NCBI RefSeq assembly: GCF_018977255.1
Contig: NW_024704748.1
Span: 27,466,001 to 27,530,000 of the forward strand
Direction: 5' to 3'
Origin: Callorhinchus milii
Taxonomy: Eukaryota
Length of the DNA: 64,000 bases
The position numbers and the translations under genes were made by a program. Below the pieces are notes generated by a model. It saw only the letters and a list, made by a program, of their open reading frames with translations, did not search any database and had not been told where the DNA came from. Each line of letters opens with the position of its first letter. Position 1 is the stretch's first letter. Shown in pieces: positions 49,666 through 61,215 of the stretch.

Positions 49666-51454
49666 GTTTAGTGTGCGTGCGGAGTGTGTGTGTGGGGTGG
49701 GGGGGAATGAAACATTGTGTTGAATTTGAAGACATGCCTGAGGTATGTTCAGTTCACTCTCTAACTCTACTCACAAAAACCTGTAATACAACGGGAGCTG
49801 CAGGTCAGGGCTCTGAGGTCCAGGCAGCACAGTTCAGCTCAGCGTCCAGCACGCGGTGTAGAGAGAGCAACCTTCTCACTCAGCCCCCATGGGAGTTGCA
49901 CACACAGAACCAGACGCCAGCAGTGCAGGCTGTTCAGCCCACCCTGTCTGTGCCACCGTTACCTATTTCAGTACCCCGAGACCCTAGCCTGGTGAAGGGC
50001 ACCGTAGAAATGCAAGCTGCTGTTACTCCAAGTTACCCTGTTGCATTACTCTCAACTCCAGCTATTTTATTATATCCCTAAAGTTCCACTACTTTGTCTG
50101 CTCGGCGATGGGAACTGAACTGCTTTGCTCGCGTACTAGGGCACTGTTTCTCAATGGCCCCCGGGACCCCACTGGTGGCCACTCAGTTTATTCATCAGCT
50201 CTTCATGTGTGAGGCTCAACAGCCAGTGTCAGTGAGTCATACAGCCATAGGTAGGGAGAGGGACAGCAGTGCTCACAATACTGTATGCAACCCTCTGAGC
50301 CCAGGAGAGAGTGCTGCCAGCTGCACCAAGTTTGGAATGAAGCATCCACTACAGTAACCACTGCACCTCTAATGCCCTTCCTCCAGCTCCCTCACACTGT
50401 CAGGCTTGATCTCTCCCTCAGCAGCGCCCTGTGTCACTGACTGTCTCTCCTGGTGTTACCCCAGCTCCCTCACACGGTCAGACTCATTCACGCCTGCCGG
50501 CCATCATCGCCCTGTGTCACTGTACATTGGTTGATGATTTTCTTTATACTTTAAGTTCAAATGAAACTCATTTTATAAATGAAACCAATCAGCGTTAGCC
50601 CCCATTAAATCCAGATCATTTCCTCCCAGGGCTGCGATCCGGACTCTGTTTTAAGACCAGGTTGTTCACTTAGATCACACATGAATTAACGTTAGCGTTT
50701 TGGGGAAAAAACTTTAACCTACACCTTGACACCATTATCCAGGGAGAACTTCAATTAACCCGCTGTGCCATGGTGCTGGAGTGGAAAGCTGTCCATTATC
50801 TGACAGATCTGCTTTGCCGGCCTCTAATATATCAACAATCATTATTGAAGAATTAATGACCTGTTTAATCGCTTCTGATACTGGGTTTGCGTGGCAAGGA
50901 GGAAAGACGGACGGGGAGGGGAGAGATTCAGAAGGAGGAAAAAGTGGCGCCGTGTCTAATTAAATGGGTGACTGCTTCAAACTCGCCAGCTCCCTTCAAA
51001 AACCCCATTCGTTCACAGCACAATAATAATAATAATAATTAAACGCTCTGGGACGCTATCCTGCATGAGGGTAATTTGGCTATATAAATGTAAGTTGTTT
51101 TTGTTGTAATAATCCTTGCATTTGATGAGCGCCTTCTCATGTCGTTGAGACGTCTCAAAGCAATTCATAGAATACACTATAATGTGACTTGTCACTTTTT
51201 TGTGGGCGAGACGCGGCAGCCAATTGCATACAGCGATGTCCCCACAAACGATCGTGGATTGAGTGACCACATTATTATTTATTTTGTTTGAAGCGATTAT
51301 TACTCCTGGAAAGCGATCCGCTAATCAACTAACAACCAAGTTCCTACTTACAGTTGGTAAACAGAGGCATGTGGAATAAGAAAACTTGCCTAAGCTTTTG
51401 TCTTGCCTGGGAATCGAACCCAGGTTCTTTCACAAGGAACAAGTGGTTCCACCG

Positions 51455-51740
51455 GGTGTGGCCTCCTCCTTGTCCCCCAAGTCCTTCGTTCCACCCTCGG
51501 CGGCTGTGCCTTCAGCCACTATGCCCCGAGGCTCTGGAACTCCCTTCCTCATTCCCTTCGCCTCATCCCCTCTCTTCCTATTTTCAGGTCTCTGCTGAAG
51601 ACCTTTCTTTTCGACCGTGCCTTTGGTCCCCTTCCTCCCCCTCCCCCTGGCTCGGCCCCGGGATCCATTACTGTGAAGCGCTCTGAGCCACCGTCCGCCA
51701 TGGAAGGCGCTATAAAAATTCAAGATGATGTTGTTGTATG
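51455..51740 (+). mobile_element. L2 3' fragment
   Basis: GGCAFSHYAPRLWNSLP..LKTFLFD plus tail. Confidence 0.8.
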
Positions 51741-52189
51741 AAAGCACTGTTTAAATGTTTTGACAGAGAAACTGTGGAATGGAAAGTGTGGCTGAGGGAG
51801 GCCAAGGGCCTGGGGCAACTGAGGAGCTTTCATAAAAACAGACTCTGTGTCCAACCCTCACTCCCCACATGTGATTGACAGTGAGTGTGATTGACAGTGA
51901 GTGAGTGACAGTGACGGGGAGGGGGCGGGCGGAGGCCAGGAAGGGGGCGGGCGGAGGGCAGGGAGGCGGCGGGCGGAGGCCGGGGAGCGAGCCAGCGAGA
52001 GGGTCGGGGAACGAGCGGGTCAGGGATTGAGGGAGTGTCAGCAAGTGAGTGTCGGCGAGCGAGCGTTGGCGAGCGAGCGTTGGCGAGCGAGCGTCAGAGA
52101 GCGAGTGTCGGCGAGCGAGTGAGTGTCAGCGAGTGAGTGAGCGAGTGAGTGACATTATCTGGCCAGGCCACTGCACACTCCCACGTTAC

Positions 52190-52284
52190 CTCAGGTCAGG
52201 ATTAATGGCGATGGACCAGACGCGATCTTGGGTGTTTATTGTGTGCAGACAGTCGCCCACGCCGTTGGAAAAGAGTGGCCAAAC
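52190..52284 (-). CDS. FBXW4: FBXW4 exon 5 (VWPLFSNGVGDCLHTINTQDRVWSIAINPDL)
   Basis: CLHTI..DRVWSIAI motif; ccctcag/gtaacg boundaries; 95 nt; followed by a 20,180-nt intron (32010-52189). Confidence 0.96.
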
Positions 52285-54242
52285 CTGAGGGACAAAGGGA
52301 AGCGTTACATTGCTCCCAGAACTTTCCTTAGTCACAAATTGTTTGGTTAATCCCAAAGTCAGATCCAACATGTCAGTTAAACAATCTGCTAACAATCCTC
52401 TCAGATGCTCCAGTAGTGTACATGCTAGGCTGTCAGAGGAGACCTCCCTAACACAGACACTGTGAAGAGAAGCAGAGGACAGAACTCTGGAATGAGAAAA
52501 GAGTAAGGATATCCAGATATCTGGCCCCTGCCCCACCCCTTCCTCCACCAAGCTTTTGTTAAGTCATCCTCCTCTGTAAGAGTGAAAGGTATAGAATTTA
52601 CAGCACAGAATGAAACCATTCGGCCCATCAAGCCTGTGTCAGCGCTCTGAAAATCATCTTCATTTAGTCCCAATCACTTCTATTCCCCCCCTCATCCTCC
52701 CATTCACATTCTGGTGCGCACAGAGAGAGAGAGAGACACACACACACTATCCAAAAGCTCTCTGAAAGCCACTATGGATTTCACTTAAACCAGTGTTTTG
52801 GTCAGGCACCGCTTGCCTTCAGAACGCTGTGTGTAAGTAAGAAAATCCTCCACATATCAGACCACCCTATGTATGTTTTGATGTTGATCTAAAACTGATG
52901 CCGTAAGTGAGGCAGGAGGGCCAACTCAAAGCTTTGGCAATGAGCAGTTTGCTGGGTCTCCGAATGAGTATTGTGTACAGGTTTAACAAAGGAGTTGTGG
53001 ATTGGAACAAGCACAATCGCAAATCTATCATTGCAGCTCTCCTCAAGGTGTCTCTCACGCTTCACTAGACATGGACATCCCAAACCATCTTCCTTCACTG
53101 TGTCCAAAAGATCATTAGCACAGGTCCTGCTATCTGTTCACTGGCTGCCAGGCTTCCATTATCACAGGCTGCTTTGCAACACAATTAACATTCCACCAGG
53201 TTCATTCCAATAGCCAAATTAATGTCTCAAATGGCAAACCGGGAAATATTTATGTACACCCCTACCCATCCACCCACCCTTGCTGTTACAATCATACTCT
53301 GCAGAAGAATCTGATTTTAAGGATAAAGTGTTATGGAGGAAAGGTTTTTTTTTGTTTTCAAAAGTGATTTAGAATTATAAAATGTTACAGTGCAGGACAT
53401 GTGCCAGCGCTCTCAGAGCCCCCATTTAGTCTCCACCGCTCCTCACACCTTTTCAGATTTTTCCTTTTTTAAACATCTGTTTCACTTGCTTTTTGTTTTT
53501 CACTTGATGTAGCTTTTTAGTGGTTAGAGAACTCGCCTCGCAAGGGAGAGGACCTGGATTCAATTTGTGAAACCTTAGGCAAGTTTGCTTATTACACACA
53601 CACGCCTGTTTACCTAGCAGTAAGTAGGAACCTGGTTGTTAGTCGATTGGCGGATTGTTTTTCGGAAGGTAATAATCCATTAGAAAAAAAACCACGACTG
53701 TTTGTGTGAACTACTCTGCACAATTTGCCCACAAAATAAACAGTTAATTCAATTTTCAGTATATTCTGTGATAAAGCGCTATATCAAATGCAAGGATTAT
53801 TATTAAACCTATTGTTCCCCCCCCCTTCAAGGCCAGTCACAAAACATAATTTCTCTTTGACTGTGCTTTCGGTTATCTTCCCCCTTTCCCCAGCCCATCT
53901 TGGGTGCCCTCCCAGTTGGCATTTCATGTGTTTCAAGACATCCTCACGAAGTATGGAAGTGCAAATTGTATTGTGTTGTATTATGGCCGTCAAATATTTT
54001 TTCTCTGCTCCTTTCCTCTCCTGAAGGCATAGACTCACGCTGGGCTCCACGTCCACGCTAAACTGGAGAGCGAGTGAGCCAGCGCTATCAGGATTTGTGG
54101 CAATGGACAGGCTGATAGCCATCCCAACCAACTCTGATCCTGCCCTCAACCATCCTCCCGTTTGTCAGCAGGATCAGTGGAGAGTGATCGGAGGAGGGTC
54201 ACTGGTCGATTTTTTTCCTTCAAAGCTCAATGTTGAGATAAT

Positions 54243-54552
54243 ATAATAATCCTTGCATTTGATATAGCGCTTTTCACGTCAGAAGGACGTCCCAAAGTGC
54301 TTCGCAGAACACACTGTAAAGTGAATTGACTGTATATATTTGTGGGCGAACGCAGCAGCCAATTGCGCACAGCAATGTCCCACAAACAGTCGTAGATTGA
54401 AAATGACCAATTTATTATTGTTTTTTTTGGAGGGATTATTATTAGGTGTGTGGGGTAAGGAAACTTGCCCAAGGTTTCGCCCTGTCTGGAATTGAACTCA
54501 GGTCTCTCGCTTGCGAAGCGAGTGCTCTAACCACTGAGCTACAGGACTCCAC
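54243..54552 (-). mobile_element. SINE, dominant family
   Basis: Head, body and tail match, with an internal deletion. Confidence 0.85.
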
Positions 54553-55324
54553 AGGAGATCCACTGTATCTACTCCCACCACCTTGGCTGAGATTGTTGAG
54601 CTCAGGCAGAGACCAGCGCTGGAACCTTTGCTGCGGGTGATTTCACACTAAACAGCACTTTTGCCAACGGAGCCGATGTACGTCTGTCGAACAGTCAAAT
54701 TGTTTGCTGATGAAAGGGTTAATGAGCGTGAGTTGGTTATTCCACACCCTGTACTCCCTCTCTGACCTCTACACATAATTTAATCCTCTCTTCTGTCAAA
54801 CACATCCTTTCATCGCGATCCCCCATTCCCTAGCAAGTAGGCACGCAGCACATTCTCATGTTATCAGCTCTTACGGCGGGAGGGAGGGAAGAGAGAGAAG
54901 GGAGGGGGGGATTTCACTGAATATTTTCCATCACCTTTTGCAAGCTGTCTATCCTCAGACACTCTACTCAGACACATTTACCTCCTTACCTCTCACATCT
55001 GGTTTACACACAGCACACAATATACAATTCAGAATACACCTGGCCCAGGTATACAGCGGATACACACCGATTTACAGTTGATTAACACAAGGTGCACAAT
55101 ACACAATTTATGCAACGTTACACATCAACACATACCCCTTTACACACCATTTGCACATGGCACATAATGGACAACAATGTGTGCATGATTTGCATTCCAA
55201 GACTTCATCATCTCTCCCTGTGCGGTTATAAATACCTGCCCGGTGAGATACCGTAAATGCCACTCTGATAGGGAGCAGATTAGGAGCCGATTCCTCCTCA
55301 CACCCTCACCCTCACCATACTCAC

Positions 55325-55457
55325 CCTGGCCGTCCTGTCCCTTGAGCCGCTGATGATGATGTGCTCTCGGCTGTCAATACAGTTGACCTCCTGGTTATGT
55401 GCTGGTCGCTCAGTGTAGAAGGAGCTGCACGTGTCATGGACGATAATCTTTCCATCT
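55325..55457 (-). CDS. FBXW4: FBXW4 exon 4 (DGKIIVHDTCSSFYTERPAHNQEVNCIDSREHIIISGSRDRTAR)
   Basis: Found by hand; WD40 AH.QEVNC...SGSRDRTA; ttctcag/gtgagt boundaries; 133 nt. Confidence 0.96.
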
Positions 55458-55915
55458 CTGAGAAGTGGAATGCACACTTTGGTTCATTGTATAAAGTGCA
55501 GCCCTGTTATAATAATAATAAATCTTGCATTTGATAAAGTGCCTTATCACATCTTCGAGATGTCGCAAAGTGTTTCATAGAATATACTGTAAAGTGAATT
55601 GACTGTATACTTTTAGCGCAAAATGCAGCAACCAATTGCGCACAAACAGTCGTGAATTAAGTGACCTACACCAAGGTCCCAGTTATTAAGAAAACATCTG
55701 AAAGTGACCTAATAGTGAGTTCCCTCATTACTGACAGGGAAAGCACACAGATTCCACAGTCTACAACTTCAGGATAATCCTTGTGCTTGACTTGCTCCGT
55801 TACCCAGTGTGTGTTGTACACAGACAAGCCGTATTGCATCAGAGAGGAGCAGAGTATTCCCTTACACCTGGTATGTGTACACCCAGGAGCAGTCTACACA
55901 CACACACACACTCAC

Positions 55916-56101
55916 CCTCCTCCACTGATGACAAGTGACTGATTGAGGACAAAGCGGCACACGTCATCCTGATGACCGGAGTACACAGAGAGAGGCCGTC
56001 GCTGGAAGGTGCCGGAAGCTGTAGGTAACCGGTACGCACGGATATCAGCCGCATGGGAGAGATACAGTGAGCAATCGTTCAACTCTAACCACGGCAAAAG
56101 G
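55916..56101 (-). CDS. FBXW4: FBXW4 exon 3 (LLPWLELNDCSLYLSHAADIRAY...YSGHQDDVCRFVLNQSLVISGG)
   Basis: GH..DVC.FVL motif; ctcctcag/gtgagt boundaries; 186 nt. Confidence 0.96.
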
Positions 56102-56572
56102 CTGAGGAGAAATAAAACCATTTCAATCAACTCTAGGCAACAGCATAACTGCACGTGGACAAACAGCCACACTGTCACACTCACAAACAACTCATACAAA
56201 CATTAAAATCCCTCTGCTCTGCCCATTCTCAGCCAACACACTGTATTATACACTGAATCTCGCCTAAGGTTAATCCACCTACCTAACCCAGTATAGTGCT
56301 GTGTAGCTTTACTTTGTATCTAACCAATGCTTTGACTGAACTGGGCTGTGTATACAGTGTGGTGTAGAGAGCTTTGTACAGTGTGTGCATAACCCTTGTA
56401 TAGCTTATCTGAGTGCTGTATATAGTGGGTGTAGAGGGAGCTTTGTACGGTGTTGTGTCTCTAACTCGTACCGTAGCTGACCTGAAATGTTGGATATTAA
56501 CACTGGGTCTAAAGTCCTGCATTACCCAGCACTGTGATTGAAGAGTCAGGAGAATGGAGATGAAACGCTTAC

Positions 56573-56668
56573 TTGTATTTCCACTTCAGCAGCACTTCTC
56601 TGCGGCACCGGCCTCGCTTCCAGTTCTGGGAGACCTTTATCCTCTCTTTCAGAGGAATTCGGGGAGCC
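56573..56668 (-). CDS. FBXW4: FBXW4 exon 2 (APRIPLKERIKVSQNWKRGRCRREVLLKWKY); F-box exon 1 is outside the window (>64000)
   Basis: Found by hand; KER.KVSQNW..GRCR..LLKW motif; gctcag/gtaagc boundaries; 96 nt. Confidence 0.95.
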
Positions 56669-56894
56669 CTGAGCCCGAAAGGAACAGGAGAGAGAGTTAC
56701 AGATCATAGGATCAATGGATTCGTAGAAGCCTTTTCAGAAAACCAGTCATAGAGCACTGACATAGGACAGACACTGATGGAATTCTCAGCTTGGATTGGA
56801 GACTCTTAAGCACAGTGATGGGTTTCCGCATATGTCAGACACCCGGCTGACCAAAAAAAGACATTGATGTGAATTATAGATCACACAGTGTAGT

Positions 56895-58795
56895 ACTAAC
56901 AACAACAACTTGCACTTATATAGTGCACTCCATGCAGGGTAGCATCTCAGAGCGCTTAACAATGGCGGAGCCTGACTCCGAGCTGGAGGGAGGGGGAGAT
57001 AGCTGTAAGCACAGTCGAACAGACACGTTTTCAGGCGGAACTTGAAAGAGAAAAGAGAGGGGGCAAGGCGGAGGGATTGAGGGAGAGTGTTCCAGAGTTT
57101 TGGGGTGTAGTGACTGAAAGCACGACCTCCGATGGTGGGGCAGAGGGTGCGAGTGATGAGCAGGAGCCGGTGCCAGTCGAGCGGAGGCACTGGGTGGGGA
57201 GTGAGGGGGTTGGAGAGGGAGGGAGGTGCCAGACAGTGAAGGGATTGGACACAAGTGAGAGGATCTTGATGTCGATCGGTTCGGTGATGGGGAGACAGTG
57301 GAGCCGGGGCCAGAACTGATGAGATGTGGAGACGGAGTTTGGTCAGTATGCGGCGGCAGAGTTCTGAATGAGCTGATCTTGTGAATGGTAGAGCTGGGGA
57401 GACCAGCGAGGAGTGCGTTGGAGTAATCCAAGCAGGAGGTGACAAACACATGCACGAGGGTTTCAGCTGCATTTGGGGTAAGGTAGGGTCGGAGGCGGAC
57501 AATGTGGTGGTGGTGGTGTAAGAAGGCAGTCCTGGTCAGGGACCGAATGTGGGTGAGGAAGGACAGGTGGGGGTCGAACCGAACGCCAAGGTTGTTCACT
57601 GGTTCAGTGAGTCAGAGGAGTTCAGATCCGCAAGAGTGAAGACGTTGACGGGAGCCAAGGAGTATGGCTTCCATCCTGTCCATATTCAGCTGCATGAAGT
57701 TTACACTCAACCAGGCCTTAATGTCTGCCAGACGAGCTGATAGAACATTGCGGACCTGGAGTTGGTGCTGGAGGAGACAAAGTAGATTTGTGTGTCATCC
57801 ACATACATGCAGAAGTTTACCCCGTGTCTGTGGATGACATCGCTCAGAGGGAGTAAATAGATAAGGAAAAGAAGAGGCCAAGGATGAAGCCCTGGGGTAT
57901 CCCGCAGGTGATCGGGCAGGAGAGGGAGGAGAAACCATTTTCTGAAATGAAATGGAGGCAGTTGGTTAAGTAGGACTCAAACCATGTAAGTGCGGTCCCA
58001 CTAAGGTGGATGAGGGAGGAGAGCCGATGGAGGAGGATGGCGTGGTCGACTGTGTCGAACACAGCAGAGAGATCCAGGAGGACGAGGAGGTAGAGGAAGC
58101 CCTGATCACTGGTAGAGAGGACATTGTTTGTGACTTTGACAAGCGCTGTCTCTGTGCTGTGGGCAGTCAGGGTGAAAACCAGACTGCAGGGGCTCGAGGA
58201 GGGAGTGAAGGGAAAGGTGTGACCGACGTTGACCTGCAACCGTGCATTTCAGGACTTTGGCAAGGAAGGATAGGTTGGAGATGGGATGGTAGTGTGAGAG
58301 ATAGAGGGATCGAGGGTGGGTTTTTTGAGGAGGTGTGTGATGACAGCGGTTTTCAGGGGGAGTGGAATAGAGCCTGAGGGGAGAGACTGCTTGATCGTGT
58401 TGGCCAGCGGGGGAGAGAAGGGGGAGTTGAGTGATCAGCAGCTGAGTGGGGAGGGGATCAAGGTAGCAGGTGATGAACTTCATCCGGGCGATTGTGGTTG
58501 AGAGGGAGAGAGAAATTGGGGCAAAGGAATGTAAGGAGGGCGAATGGCAGGAGCCGTGGCGGAGGGAGAAGGTCTGGGTTGCGGATGGTCTGGGTGGGAT
58601 GGAAGGGGACATGGGCGGGTGGGGAGGATGATGCAGCCAAGCGGATGTTTTCAATTTTTGAGGCGAATAAGTCTAGGACCTCTTTGCATTTGACGTGAGG
58701 ATAGAGGGGGCTTGAGGGAGTGCATGGAGGAGGTGATGGATGGTGGAAAACAGAACCTTTGGATTGTTGTTTGCCTCCAGGATGACTTTAGAGTA
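56895..58795 (-). mobile_element. L2 LINE with degenerate RT domain
   Basis: HSTETALVKVTNN..LLDLSAVFDTVDHAILLHRL...[10 protein letters not shown]; NLGVRFDPHLSF; frameshifted; L2 tail at ~56900. Confidence 0.92.
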
Positions 58796-59329
58796 ACAGC
58801 AATTTACATTCGTACAGCACCTTTCACTTTAGGACGTACTCAAATCGTTTCACAGAGCATACCGTAAAGTGGATTGACTGTATATTTTGTGGGCAAAACA
58901 CAGCAACCAATTGCGCACAGCAGTGTCCCATAAACAACTACAAAATTACATTTGTAAAACGCCTTTCACGTTAAGAGGACGTCCCAAGACGCTGAACTGT
59001 CGGGGATCAGGACCTGGGCATGTGGGGGCAGGGTTGGGATGAGGGAGGGTAGAGAGGTAGGAGGGCGGCTGAAGGCACGGTCGAAAAGGAGGGTTTTGAG
59101 TCGTGCCTTGAAGGAGGCAAGAGAGGGAGCAAGGCAAAGGGATTGTGGAATGGCGTTCCAAAGGGTGGGGGCAGAGAGGCTAAAAACCCTGCTGCCAATG
59201 GTAGGGCGGATCAGGCAAGACACCTGGAGCAGGCCGGGGCCTGCTGAACATAGTGAGCAGACAGGTTGATAGCCGGTCAAACAGTCGTGGATTGAGTGAC
59301 CACATGCTTTTGTCATTTCCGACCTTAGC

Positions 59330-61215
59330 ATCGTGGACAAGGCCATCTCGGACTTCATCTCCTTCTCTTCTTACATTCCTCTTTCCTCCACCAAGCCATC
59401 TACCATTCTCTACCGCCCATGGAAAAGGCTGCCCCCTGAGACCCTCACAAAGGCCCTCACATCATCAAATATCCTATCCCTCTGGCCTTCCGCCCGCAGA
59501 GATCCTGAAGCAGCCGTCCAGCTGCTCCGTGATCGCCTCTCCTCCACCTTCAACTCCCTCGTTCCCCTGAAATCCAGGACCATCTCCAAAACCACCCGAT
59601 CCCCCTGGTACAACAATCATCTCAACTGCCAAACCCGGCTGCTCGAGCGCAGATGGTGGAAAACTGGCCTGACAGTTCACCGCCAACTGTGGCTCAACAT
59701 CTCTACAGCTACCGCCATTCTTTGACATGCGCAAAAACAGCCTTCTACTCCCAACATCATCTTGGAGGCTAAAAACAATCCTAAAATCCTTTTTTCAACA
59801 ACAACTTGAATTTATATAGCGCCCTCCACGCCGGATGGCATCTCAGAGAGCTTCAAAAATAGAGTTTTCCACCACCCACTATCTCCTCCGTGCCCCCCCT
59901 CAGGCCTCCTCAATCTTCACATCCAACGCCAAGTGCGAGGAAGTCATGGACTTTCATCCAAAATCCACAACATCCGCCAGGCAGCCTTATCCGCCTGCCT
60001 CTTGTCACCCACCACCCTCTCTGTCCCTCTCACCCTCCCCATCATCTACTCCTACCACCACCCCCATTCTACATTCCTTCCTCCCCATCTCTCCCTCCTC
60101 CCTCTCACCCTCCATCACCTCCATGAAACCCACCCCCTGCTGCCTCGATCACCACCCCACCAACCTGCTGGTCACCCAGCTCCCCCTCCTCTGCCCACTA
60201 CTGGCTGACGTCATCAACCAGTCCCTCTCCTCCGGATCAGTCTCTGCCCCCCTCAAAACTGCTGTCATCACCCCCTTCTCAAAAAACCCTCCCTAGATCC
60301 CTCAAACTCCAGCCACTACCGCCCTATTTCAAACCTTCCTCGCAGAAGTCCTAGAACACGTTGTTGCAAATCAACTCCGCGCACAACTCTCCTCCCACTT
60401 CGAACCCCTCCAGTCCGGCTTCCGCCCACAGTACAGAGACCGCACTTGTGAAAGTCACAGATGACATCCTCTCTATCTGTGACCAGGGTCCCTCTGCCTC
60501 CTTGCCCTCCTGGATCTCTCCGCTGCGTTTGACACAGTCGATCACTCCATCTTCCTTCACCGCGTTTCCTCCGTCATCCATCTCAGTGGGACTGCACTCG
60601 CCTGGTTCAAGCCCTACCTCACAAACTGCCAGCAATACATCTGCACAAACGGCTTCTCCTCCCGCTCCCCTGGTTACCTGCGGGATACCCCAAAGATTCA
60701 TCCTTGGCCCCCTCCTCTTTCTGATCTATGTGCTCCTTCTTGGGGATGTCATCCGCAGACATAGGGTACACTTCCACATGTATGCGGACGACATTCAACT
60801 CTATTTTTCCACCTCACATTGCGACCCCCAGTCCCCTGATGTTCTGTCAGCTGCCTGTCAGACCTCAGGGGCTGAATGAGCGCAAATTTCCTTCAGCTAA
60901 ATGTTGACAAGACGGAAGCCATACTCTTTGGCTCTCATCAATGTCTGAAATCTCACCTCTTCCACCTACCCGAACTCCCCCTAAAACTCTCCGTACACAA
61001 CCTAGGCGTCAGGTTCGACCCCCAATCGTCCTTCCTCCCCCACATCCGGTCCCTCACCAGTACCATTTTCTTCCACCTCCAACGCATCGCCCGTCTCTGC
61101 CAATATCTCTCCCCAAAAGCCGCTGAAACCCTGGTCCATGCCTTCCCCCTGGCTCGGCCCAGGATCCGTTACTGTGAAGCGCTCTGAGACATCGTCCAGA
61201 GTGGAGGGCACTATA
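59330..61215 (+). mobile_element. L2 LINE with degenerate RT domain
   Basis: STETALVKVTDD...[16 protein letters not shown]...HMYADDIQLYFS; FLQLNVDKTEAILFG; interrupted at ~59790-59860 by an antisense L2 tail. Confidence 0.93.

Noticed and set aside
52285-52551. 89 open codons upstream of and in frame with FBXW4 exon 5
   Set aside because: The upstream AG acceptors (52459, 52486) would add 175 or 202 nt and shift frame; no homology; plausible by chance given the number of exon edges.
56786-61187. Active autonomous LINE
   Set aside because: All L2 and CR1 ORF2 pieces are 5'-truncated with frameshifts and stops.
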